Assembly: GCA_032718475.1 (NCBI GenBank)
Contig: JAUCBJ010005083.1
Coordinates: 1 to 64,000, forward strand
Direction: 5' to 3'
DNA length: 64,000 nucleotides
Source of the DNA: Nemertoderma westbladi
Taxonomy: Eukaryota > Animalia > Xenacoelomorpha
In this document: one piece after another, positions 1 to 11,242 of the stretch
How positions within the stretch are numbered: position 1 is the first letter of the stretch
Layout of the letters: each line of letters starts with the position of its first letter
Position numbers and translations under genes: made by a program
The notes under the pieces: generated by a model
What the model was told of the DNA's origin: nothing
The model's input: only the letters and a program-made list of their open reading frames with translations
The model's database searches: none

Positions 1-1143
1 GGTCAGTTACATAGGGGGAGGGGCGGTCAGTTAGATAGGGGGAGGGGGTGTCCGTTAGATAGGGGGGGGTGTCCTTTAGATAGGGGGAGAGAGGGGTCAG
101 TTACATAGGGGGAGGGGCGGTCAGTTAGATAGGGGGAGGGGCGGTCAGTTAGATAGGGGGAGGGGGGTCAGTTAGATAGGGAGGGGGGTCAGTTAGATAG
201 GGGGAGGGGGGTCAGTTAGATAGGGGGGGGGGTCAGTTAGATAGGGGGAGGGGCGGTCAGTTACATAGGGGGAGGGGCGGTCAGTTAGATAGGGGGAGGG
301 GGGGTCAGTTAGATAGGAGAGGGGGGGGGGTCAGTTAGATAGGGGGAGGGGGGTCAGTTACATAGGGGGAGGGGGGTCAGTTAGATAGGGGGAGGGGGGT
401 CAGTTAGATAGGAGGGGGGGGGGTCAGTTAGATAGGAGGGGGGTCAGTTAGATAGGGGGAGGGGGGGTCAGTTAGATAGGGGGGGTCAGTTAGATAGGGG
501 GAGGGGCGTCAGTTAGATAGGGGGAGGGGGTGTCAGTTAGATAGGAGGGGGGGGTCAGTTAGATAGAGAGGGGGGGGGTCAGTTAGATAGGGGGAGGGGG
601 GTCAGTTAGATAGGGGGAGGGGGGTCAGTTAGATAGGGGGGGGTCAGTTAGATAGGGGGAGGGGGGGTCAGTTAGATAGGGGGGGTCAGTTAGATAGGGG
701 GAGGGGTGTCAGTTACATAGGGGGAGGGGGTGTCAGTTAGATAGGGGGGGTCAGTTAGATAGGGGAGGGGGGTCAGTTAGATAGGAGGGGGTCAGTTAGA
801 TAGGGAGGGGGGGTCAGTTAGATAGGGGAGGGGGTCAGTTAGATAGGGGGAGGGGGGGTCAGTTAGATAGGGGGAGGGGGGTCAGTTAGATAGGGGGGGG
901 TCAGTTAGATAGGAGGAGGGGGGTCAGTTAGATAGGGGGAGGGGGGTCAGTTAGATAGGGGGAGGGGGGTCAGTTAGATAGGGGGAGGGGGTCAGTTAGA
1001 TAGGGGGAGGGGGGGTCAGTTAGATAGGGGGGGGGGGGTCAGTTAGATAGGGGGAGGGGGTCAGTTAGATAGGGGAGGGGGTGTCAGTTAGATAGGGAGG
1101 GGGTCAGTTAGATAGAGGGAGGGGTGGTCAGTTACATAGGGGG
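1..1143. repeat. G-rich minisatellite, unit ~GGTCAGTTAGATAGGGGGAGGGG (about 19-25 bp, variable G-run lengths), left part
   Basis: About 50 tandem copies of GTCAGTTA(G/C)ATAG separated by G-runs. The same array resumes at 30827. Confidence 0.97.
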
Positions 1144-2315
1144 TGTAAAGGCTTTTGCGTAATTAGCCGGTTATTTTCCCCGTAAAGTACTCTGTAGTTG
1201 GTTTAACAGGCATAAAAGGCCGTGTCCTTACTGTACTGGTGTTTTAGAGGACATAAAAGCCATTTCTTCTGTATGTGTACTTTAACGGACATAATTAGCA
1301 ATTCTATGACGCAATGCGCCAAATCCTCTGTAAACAGTGTAGCTACCATGACGACGGCTAACAGCTGATGCTGTACACGTGTAGCTTTTCTTTGTTCTCT
1401 GTTCCTTCTTTGTTCGGTCGACCAATCAGAGCGTTTTTTGCCTCTGTGTTAGAGATTGTATATAGAAACTCGTGGAGTTGAGTCAGTATGTGATTTTGTC
1501 CACAGCCTACAACACCGGCGTGGAACCTCCGTGTTTCAGTCTTTAGCTCAACATTAGTAGGCTTAATTATAGAACGTATATCCGTTATCTTAACTTAACT
1601 CACTCACTTAACATATCTCATACCAATTCTGCATTCATAACCATTCATACCTTGAACTTTGTACTGCTATTTACTGTCGGTTATTCATTATATTTGTTGA
1701 TGGAATATTATATTTGGAATACTGATAAACAATCAGACACCCCAATCTTCTTGATATACTAAAGGTTAGAGAGACCGGATACATATAACGATTGCGACTT
1801 ACATTAAGTGGTTTGAAGTGAATCTAATGCTATTTTATAGGCCCTACACGTATTGTCTGTTGTTCTCCTTATATGTGACTAAAATTAGTGAAGGTCGGCA
1901 GATTAGTGTGCAGTATTGTGTATGATCGTGATTGATAACGAAGCATCTCCTAAAGAATGCGCCATATACGTGAATCTATAGCCATCCCGCTGTGTCTAGT
2001 TTAAGTCATAACTCTGTTTATATATTTAAAGCGCCACGTCCTAAAGGAACTGTTAATATTTCCCGAAAGTGAATAATATTTGTCAGAGATTATATATATT
2101 ACGATCAGTCGAATAATACAGTAGGCCTACCCCGCAATACGGTTAGGCTTCCGAATCCAGTCTCCCGGGTATATCCAGCGGGTGAATGATCGCGCATAGA
2201 CTGGATTCGGCTAATGTAGTGTATCTAATACTTGTTATAGGCTAAAGACTATCTATCATCTAAAAGACATCCAAATTTGGCAGGTTAAACTGCTAAAGGT
2301 CTGAAAGCGCGAACA
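1144..2315 (+). repeat. 5' LTR of copy A (1172 bp)
   Basis: Starts TGTAAAGGC, ends GCGAACA; direct repeat of 29648-30826. Confidence 0.95.
1422..1487 (+). promoter_or_regulatory. Putative LTR core promoter (CCAAT 1422, TATATAG 1459, Inr-like TCAGT 1483)
   Basis: Motif order and spacing fit a Pol II core promoter. CCAAT and TCAGT are also in the B LTRs, but the TATA is not. Confidence 0.45.
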
Positions 2316-2327
2316 ATAACGGATATA
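2316..2327 (+). other. Non-tRNA primer-binding site of copy A (ATAACGGATATA), complementary to LTR 1577-1588
   Basis: Abuts the LTR end and lacks the TGG of tRNA PBSs. Exact reverse complement of TATATCCGTTAT at 1577-1588. Confidence 0.7.
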
Positions 2328-2591
2328 GCTTCTGTATTGCAGTAGGCAATAAAGCTGAAGTACCGGTTAACTGGTACCTAGTAGGCCTGACTACCTAACC
2401 ACCCGGACCGGTACCTACAGCAGTACAGGTACAGCACTATTATTCGATTGTGATATTGTATACCGGTAGGCTGTTTAAGAGATTAGGGACTGTACACCCC
2501 TTGTTTCTTTTGGAGCTTACTTATTTCTGTCAGTTTTATTTATTTGTAGGCCAATATTGAGCAGAAGGCGTGTAAGCCTGCTCAGATTGTA

Positions 2592-3172
2592 CAGATAATT
2601 TGTAGGCTGGACTGTTGTCTGACTGTTGTTAAGTCTGAAGGGACTGTAGTGTGTGTAGAGCATATGTCCGAAAAAGTACTAGTTAGGAAAGTAGGGGCTG
2701 CCAGTGCTGTGAGGTGAACCCCCTCAAAAGAATAAGTCGTACTACTCGGTTAGAACGCATACTAACTAACCATTTCGGAGTCTGCATATACTGTAGTTTA
2801 TTTAGGCTTGATAGTAGTCTGCCAGCGTTTGGTCTGTATTTTGTTTGTGTAGTTTGTACGGGTAGCGTAATATTTCTTATTTAGATAATTTGTAGGCTGG
2901 ATTTTGTCTGGCTGTTGTTAGGTCTTGAGAGATTTCGGTGTGTGTAGAGTGTATGTCCGATAAAGTGCCAGTTGGGAACGTAGGGGCTTCCAGAGCTGTG
3001 AGGTAAACCCCCTCGAAAGAATAAGTCGTCCCACTAGGTTAGGACGCATACTAACTAACCATTTCGGAGTCTGCATATACCGTAGTTTGCTTGGGCTTGA
3101 TAGTAGTCTGTCAGTATTTGGTCTGCATTTTGTTTGAGTAGTCTGTACGCGTAGCGTAATATTTATTATTCA
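2592..3172 (+). repeat. ~290-bp tandem duplication in the long 5' leader (equivalent in B at ~11511-12090)
   Basis: AGATAATTTGTAGGCTGG...GTAGCGTAATATT occurs twice in tandem in both copies. Confidence 0.85.
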
Positions 3173-4107
3173 GAGTTTATGCGATTATTCGCAACATTCA
3201 TTCCCCAAGTTTATTCCTGCAGTAATTGTGCTTGTTATATATACCGTTACAGTTAAACTAACCCCGGTACTACATCAGGGCTGCTTGGCGTAGGTAAAGA
3301 CTGGAGATTTTGTGCTTTGGTCACTCTGGCAGATACCGTGGTTCTTTTAGCTGTTCAAGTATTTTTAACTACTGATTATTTGTTGTATAAGTACTTGTAC
3401 CTAATTTAGGGTTTAGTGTACAGTGCTTTCCGAAGGCAATTAGTGTGTAGGCAGTATATTTGTGTTGTAAAGTGGTTAATAGGCACGTTGGTTCTGGTAG
3501 ACCGCGGTAATTAACTTCTAGGTAGGAACACTCCGTGATACATAACGTAGTACTTATAGCGATACGGCTATAAGTCGTCAGACGGTGGTATTTTTCTATC
3601 TGGACAACGCAGTATATTTACTACTACTTATTATTTTCAAATACCGTAGTACTCTGTCCGTTGTAATAACCAGATTTCTAACCCTTTGTTAGGCTGGTTT
3701 GTAGACTTCTTGTAAAATTACCCTAAAAATGTCGTAATTTTTTGTGTTTATTTAGAGATTGTAATCTCACCCCGAATTGTATGTAATTTGTAGCATTAAG
3801 TAACTTAGGTAAATTAGAATTATTTGTTTTAGTGTCCAACAAGTAGCACTCCACTGAGAGCGCACAGCTTCTGTGTAGTGACTCCCCCCAGAAATAATAA
3901 CATTTATTTCAAATATTGACAAAAAACCCATTATAACGGGTATATATATTATAAATCAACTCTAAGATTTATAAATAGTAGGCCTGCCATACAACAATTA
4001 GGTCTAAATATCAGTTGGACTACTGCTTAAATAACGGTAATAAAGTAAGTTAAAGTAACCAAGTAACCCCTTAAAATTCAGAAATTCAATTATTCTAAAA
4101 TAATTGA

Positions 4108-4490
4108 CATACCGGTATTCACGATAGGCTTATTATATTTATTTCTATAAATTTAGGCTGAAATCATACCGGTGTTCTGTAATTAATTCTAGTCTGTAAT
4201 TATACTTATATATATACATTATAAGTGTAAGCTGTATACCGGTATTCACGATAGGCTTATTATATTTATTTCTATAAATTTAGGCTGAAATCATACCGGT
4301 ATTCTGTAATTAATTCTAGTTAATAATTATACTTATATGTACTATAAGTGTAAGCTGCATACCGGTATTCACGATAGGCCTATTATATATTTATATATAT
4401 TTGTGCTGGAATTACATACCGGTATCCTGTGACAAACCTAGTCTGTAATAATACTTATATATATACTATAAGCATACCGGTATTCTAATA
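4108..4490 (+). repeat. Degenerate AT-rich leader repeats built around ATACCGGT
   Basis: ATACCGGTATTCACGATAGGC occurs three times about 128 bp apart. B has fewer copies (13045-13290). Confidence 0.75.
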
Positions 4491-4620
4491 TATTATACAT
4501 ATATCACGCTACACTAAGTAGCGGTATCGGTAATTAATTACTAGGCTAACAGTTGATACTGAATTACTAAACTTGCTTAAACTGTAATATAGCAGTAGGC
4601 ATTCAACTGTACAAACCAAC

Positions 4621-7600
4621 ATGTCTGACACAAAGCAAAATCTGTCAGACAGTCTCCTAGATACAACCATATGTGACCTAGACAGGAGTGTGGAACGTGT
4701 TAGACCGAAGTTCAACTCACCTCCTACTGTAAGAAAGATCATTCCCCCAGTAGTAATATCAGAACCTAGGCTGGTCCAATACCGTAGGTCTATCATAGGC
4801 ACTAGAGCTTAGGTCAAGCGGGACCAAGAAGCAGCGGAACAACAACAACCCGCGAGCCAAGAACTTATTTCTCAACGGCCCGACAGCTCCAGTAGTGAGG
4901 ATACTGTAGAGCTGACACCCGAGCGCGGAGCAAAGATGACGGATGCGGTTTATTCGGATCCCCTTTTCATCCTTCCTGCAGCCGTACTCACTAGGTTATT
5001 GATTGCGGTGGAAGAACACCAGATCGATTGGGCGAGAAGTAAGCGATCGACTAAAGATAGTTATGCAGGATACACAAGGGAAGAACTGAAGTCTATTGTC
5101 GAGTCGCAATGGAACTTCCCCGGACCCGGACTCCCGTTTAATTTATCAGAAGCTGCCTGGGAAGATATACACAGGATGGGAGTAACCAAGGAAACCATCG
5201 ATCCAGCTGTGTGGAAGAGGTCCGCAGCAGGATACGTACAGGGATTCTTCAGCTCCATGGAGCGATTAGAAAAACAACTGTTTCAACAACCCCAAGGACC
5301 TCAAGAGCAGGGACAGCTGCTTTATCAAGTTAGAGAAAGAATTCTACGAATCAGGCTAATCTTATTGGCCTTTGAGGAGGCTTCTAAAAGAAGACAAGAC
5401 ACGTCGTTGCAAGTTGCCGTAAAGACTTGGTTTCAACGGGTGAGCCTCCAGGTGCAAGGAACGACTCAGTGGAAAGCCCAACTGGATGAGCGCTCAACCC
5501 ATGGAGAATCAACAGACGCTACTTTTTCCCAAGTGGAAAGTGAAGCGACGGCAGAGAAGCCGCATAAGAGGGATGCCATTGACATCTATCTGTCGGACTA
5601 TCAACGTTTTGTAGGAGATGAAGAGTTGAGGAGAAGACTAGAGGGGCTTAGCCCTAATAGTGAAGGAGCCCAGCATGTGTTGGACGCAATCGATGCGGAT
5701 AGGTTAGCTGCGAACCAAGCTAAATTCAATGAAAGCATCCGCATCGCTAAGGTTCAAGAAGAACAAGTAAAGAAAAAACGTATAGAAGACAGAAAGATAG
5801 CAGCAGCGGCAGCAGCAGTGGCAGAAGCAGAAAGAAAGGCGGCAGTGGCAGAGGCAGTGGCAGAGGCAAAAATAGCAGTGGCAGAAGCAGAACGGAGGGC
5901 ATCTGAAGAGACAACCCAACTAGAGTTGGAAAATCTTCAAGAGAAGCAAGACAACTTCAGTAAACAGTTAACAGCTAGTAATATGCAGATGATGAATAGA
6001 TCTACTCCCAAAAGACAAGGTTATACCTCATCTGAGGAAGGCGATACCACCGATCCTGAAGGCGGAGGAAATAGATCTCGTCTAAGTAGACGTAGAAGAA
6101 CATCTCACCATCACAAATTGCCTGATTTGCCCCCAGCTGTTAGAAGGCAACTAACTAACACAGATTTAGGTAGTACAGAACCCACAGACCAAATAATTAA
6201 AATAGAAAGACTCCCTACTATAGTAGATGAGCCTGAAATAATTAGGCCTGTTCTTGAAATCACCCCTTCGGTGATAGAGACACCTGTGCTCCCAGAACCC
6301 ACCTTTAAATTCCCTTTACACAGCACCAAATTATCTGTGCCTAGAGGAACAGCCCCTGAAACAGTGTCGGTCCTGGACTCCGAGCGAAATATAAAGGATA
6401 TATCGCCCGTAGTCCCTCGTCTGCCCGCTACGACGTTGGCGGATCCAGCTTCGGCAGTTGATTGGGTAGACGAGAGACGGCGGGGGATGGACATTCTCCT
6501 CGGAGAGAGGAAGGAGAATCGAGTGCGCTCCTCCCAACAGGTCCGAGAGTTAGAAGGGACTGTTCAACAGTTAAAGGGAACCGTAAAGGAAAGTAGGTTA
6601 GAGTTGCAAGAAGTGCAGCAAAGTATCGCGCTAGAACGCGATAAATTAGTAAATTTACAAAAGGGTATATCACCACCCTCTGTAACAATATGTCAACCCG
6701 TTAGGTCTGAAGTATCTCATGCGCAAGGTGTGGAGCCTACACGCATCTATACTGCTAGCGAAGTAGAAACTCCTATAGTAAACCCTATTAAGGGTAATTA
6801 TAGACTTGTTGATAGTGATATTCCCTATAGACCTGATCATAATCCGAGAAATTTATATACCGATAACTCGATATTAAATAACACGATGGCCCAAGAAAGT
6901 TTTACGCGTCAAATGGCTAGAACCGAAGCCCGCCAAGCGGTAAAGATGGGAGAGATAGTCAAGTTCAATGGAGATGAGATGAAATGGTTACCTTTTAATG
7001 AATATTACAAAGATAACATACAGAACTCTGTGCTATCTAATGGAGAGAAACTTAGATTCCTCATCGAGTGCTTGGAAGGATCTCCTAAGTTAATAGCATT
7101 AAAGTTTATTGGACATCCAGACGGATTAAGACAAGTTTGGGATACACTAAACATCAGGTATGGTAATAGTAATAACATAGCTAGGTATTTGTATGCAAAA
7201 TTAATGGCGCCCCGAAAGTTTCTTAGCAGCGGGATTATAGAGTTTTCCGATGAGATTTAGGAGATCTGTAGACAATTAGATTGGCTAGGTAAGTCTCATG
7301 AATACCAGAATTCTATGGTTGTAGGAGCCTTAGCATCTACTTTGCCCAAGGGTGGAGTAGGTACATGCTGGGACAAGAAAGTGTTATATATGATGGAACA
7401 ACAACGACGAGACCCTACCATGGCTGATCTCATGTCATTCTTAGATGGAGAAGTGAAATTACAGCTCCTAAGGCAGTCCAGAGAGAAGACACCGGAAAAC
7501 AAGGTAAGTGAGAAACCCGTTTCTAGGAGAAGGGTAATACCAGTATGTTATACAGACGACGGCGAAAGCCAGGCTTCTCAAGAGGAAGACAGCGGGAAAG

Positions 7601-9225
7601 ACACTGAAAGATCTTACTATGACAACAAAGCGACTAAGGACGTAAGTAAATTCAAGTCTCGAACCAATGACAGGAGAGAACAGGTAAGAAAAACTCCTCC
7701 TACGTCTCCCAAGAGAATTCAGGTGAGAAAGCCCGAAGAAAGAACGAGTGTGCACAATGTTATTCAAAATAAGGTAAGTAACATCAAACCGAAATGTGCG
7801 CTATGTGATGGGACCCACCGTTTGAATATGTGTGATAAATTCCTAAAGAAATCATTAAAGGATAGACGTGAAGTCATGTGGGATAAGCAGTTGTGTTATA
7901 ATTGCCTCAGAAAAGGACACCAACGGCGAACCTGTTACTCCGACGCAAGGTGTGCAAAGTGCAGCGCAAAACATAATATCTTGTTGCACACGGAATTCGA
8001 ACGAAACAGCCCGAGTCAGGTAAGTGAGTCCGAACTACATGTCCAATTCAGTGATGTGAACGACACTGACCAATATTCTGAGATGGAAGGATTCTATACG
8101 GACGAATTCTCCGACGAAAACGAATCCTGTTACCTGACAAATACCGCAGTGTATCGAGCACTTACGTATGAAAAGGACACCGACAGAGAGCTCCCCCTAA
8201 CTACTTCTGACAGACAACCATCTTGGAAAGCACCAACTTCCAATGTAGGAATCCGAGAATTTCCTGTAGTACAGTTAAGGGTCCATGGACCTACAAGGAG
8301 TTATATAGTGAACGCCCTCCTTGACTCCGGTAGCACAGGAACATTCATCGACAAAGAACTAGCCGAAGACATCTTTGCTGGACAACCCAAGTTCCGAACT
8401 AAGCTAAACATGTCAGGAATTATGCAGGTTTGGAAATCTACCGTAATAGCGGATTATTATGTAAGCGCGTTGTCCACCCCCCAGGATGAACTAGGAGAAC
8501 ACAGCATAAGGTCAGTAAAAATGGTAGCGATAAAGAACTTCGCGACCAGCCAAGTGGAACCTTATAACTGGGATGAGGACGATTTCACCCAGCAGCTTGA
8601 AATACCTAGATTCAACACCGATTACCCTGGAGTCCAAATACTCATCGGTCAAAATGCGCATGAAGTGCTCGAGACATTGGAGAAATGGCCTGCTCAACCG
8701 CAACCACTACAAGCTTATGCGGGAAGAACTAGAGTGAGTTGGTACTTTACTGGCCCTTCCCGTAGAACTCTCATGGAAAGATTACCGAAAGATCAGGTAT
8801 ATCAAGTAAGAGAATGGGAAGATGAGAGCAGTGAGTTAGACGATCCAACTGAGGGAAGACCATACTCCTCAGATAATGACGACATCAACTCCAATGTAGA
8901 TCAATGGAGACATTGCCCCGAGACGATTAATCTAGCCGACATCGCCTCCAGAGGAGCAACTCCTCAAGAACTGACAGATACTCCAGACCGGTTAGGTGGA
9001 CCCGACTTCCTAAGTAAAGAAGATGAATGGCCTCCTCATCTTACCCTGGCGAAGATTAGACAGGCCAAGGGAGCGGAGAAAGTAACACAACCACTCAATC
9101 GCCCCGCTGGTCGTTTATGTTTACTGGAAAGAGACCGAAAACTGTCCGGAAACTATGGAAGGCAAGATACTCTTCCCACGACCACCTCCCTAATCCAACA
9201 AATATCTAGGGACTCCATAACGTAA
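4621..9225 (+). pseudogene. Copy A gag-protease polyprotein with two in-frame stops and two in-frame deletions removing RT, most of RNase H and integrase
   Basis: ORFs 4621, 4936 and 7315 share one frame. TAG at 4810 and 7258 where B has CAG. Contains CALC/CYNC/CAKC knuckles and ALLDSGS, then jumps to DQWRHCP...IASRG and to the integrase tail LNRPAGRLCLLE. Confidence 0.9.
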
Positions 9226-10068
9226 CAACATACGGAGTGGGTGTGTGACTATATTATTTTATATTTATTTTATTATTTTATATTATGTATGTATTATTAT
9301 GTAATTTTATTATAATCGTTTTCTTTAATTTTATTTAGTAGAATGTTATTTTAGCGATTATTTAGTAGATTAGTGCAATATATATTCGCGTTTATTACTT
9401 AATTACTTATATATTATATATTTAGTGCGACGGCGAGAAATAATTCTTTTTCTCTTTCCTTACTGTCCGTATTACATTACAAATACGTAACTACAGTAAG
9501 ATGAAATATCCGTACTTATTAAAGTACAATAGAGCTCCTACTATATTTAAGTATTATTGGTAGGCAAAGTATTAGGAATGCAAAGTTCAGATCCTCGTGT
9601 CTCGGCTAAACCAAGTTCTGGGTAGACCTTGGAAACGACTTGCCTCTTCACACTGACATTGCTTCGTGCGATATTGTTCTCATACCGTATATTAAATAAT
9701 ACATATAGTAGCGTGATGTCCCTTTAACAGTAGCGTATAACGCAAAATAAATCTGTTAAACCCTTTGACCATCTGCAATTCTAGTCGATTAAGATATCGC
9801 GGCACCCACCGATATACTTGAAAGACAAAATTCTAGAATCAGTGGTTAACGTCCCCAGGCAAGTTCTGGAATAAACTGGTGCCCATCCTAAATATTAATT
9901 ATTAATATTTACAAAATCTGTCAAATATCAGATCCTTTAAAATTCTAGTCGATTAAGATATCGTAGCACTTACCGATACTCTTAAAAAGACAAAATTCCT
10001 GGAATCAAGGATCCCAGTCCCCAGACACGTTCTGGAATAAAATTGTGTCTATTTAACATTAAATAATA

Positions 10069-11231
10069 TGTAAAAGCTTTTGCGTAATTAACCGGTTATT
10101 TTCCCTTAAAGTACTCTGTAGTTGGTTTGCCAGGCATAAAAAGGCCGTGTCCTTGCTGTACTGGTGTTTTAGAGGACATAAAAGTCATTTCTTCTGTATT
10201 TGTACTTTAGAGGACATAATCCGCAATCTCGTGATGCGATAAGCTAGATACTCTTGAAAACAGTGTCGCTACCATGACGACGGCTAACAGCTGATATTGC
10301 CACGTCGACATTTCTTTGTTTCTTTGTTCTCTCGTTGTTCGGTTGACCAATCAGAGCGTTTTTTGTCTCTGTGTTGGAGGTGGATACAGAACTCAGTAGT
10401 TCAGTGTTATGTTTTTGTCCAGAGCCTAAGAACATCGGCTTTTGGCACCTCCGTATATCAGCATTCTTTAGCTTTACATTAGTAGGCTTAATTATAGAAC
10501 GTATATCTGTTATCTAACCATACCAATGCAATTCGAGTTAACATACCATATCTATCCATAAATTACTAATATTACTGCTTTTACTGTCGGTTATTCATTA
10601 TATTGGTTGATGAAATATTATATCGGAATACTGATCAATAGTCAGATACCCCACCTTCTTGATATACTAAAGGTTAGAGAGACCGGTTACAGATAAACGA
10701 TTGCGACCTATGTTAAGTGGTTTGAAGTGAATCTAATGCTGTTTCATAGGCCCGACATAAATTGTATGTTGCTCTCTTCATACGTGACTAAATTTAGTGA
10801 AGGTCGGCAGATTAGTGTGCAGTATTGTGCAGCATTGTGTATGATTGTAACTGATAACAAAGCATCTCCTAAAGAATGCGCCATATACGTAAATCTATAG
10901 CCTTTTCGTTGTGTCTAGTTTAAGTCATAACTCTGTTTACATATTTAGAGCGCCACGTCCTAAAGGAACTGTTAATATTTCCCGAAAGTGAACAATATTT
11001 GTCAGAGATTATATATTACGATCAGTCGAATAATACGGTAGGCTTACACCATCAATCATTAAGTTCCGAATTCAGTCTCCAGGGTATATCCAGCGGGTGA
11101 ATGATTGCGCATAGACTGGCTTCGGCTAATGTAGTGTATCAAATACTCGTCATAAGCTAAAGAATATATATCATCTAAAAGACATCCTAATTTGGCAGGT
11201 TAAACTGTCAAAGGTCTTAAAAGCGCAAACA
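10069..11231 (+). repeat. 5' LTR of copy B
   Basis: TGTAAAAGC...GCAAACA; differs from 26087-27249 at only a handful of positions. Confidence 0.96.
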
Positions 11232-11242
11232 ATAACAGATAT
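11232..11242 (+). other. Non-tRNA primer-binding site of copy B (ATAACAGATAT), complementary to LTR 10503-10513
   Basis: Exact reverse complement of ATATCTGTTAT at 10503-10513, with a compensatory change relative to copy A. Confidence 0.7.

Noticed and set aside
1-1143. Telomeric repeat
   Set aside because: TTAGATAGGG only loosely resembles TTAGG/TTAGGG; the unit is about 22 bp and interstitial.
2278-2295. TGGCAGGTTAAACTG as a tRNA PBS
   Set aside because: It is present in all four LTRs, upstream of the TSD-defined CA end, so it is part of U5.
7258-7260. Programmed stop readthrough between gag and pol
   Set aside because: B has CAG here and its own stop at a different codon, so these look like independent nonsense mutations.
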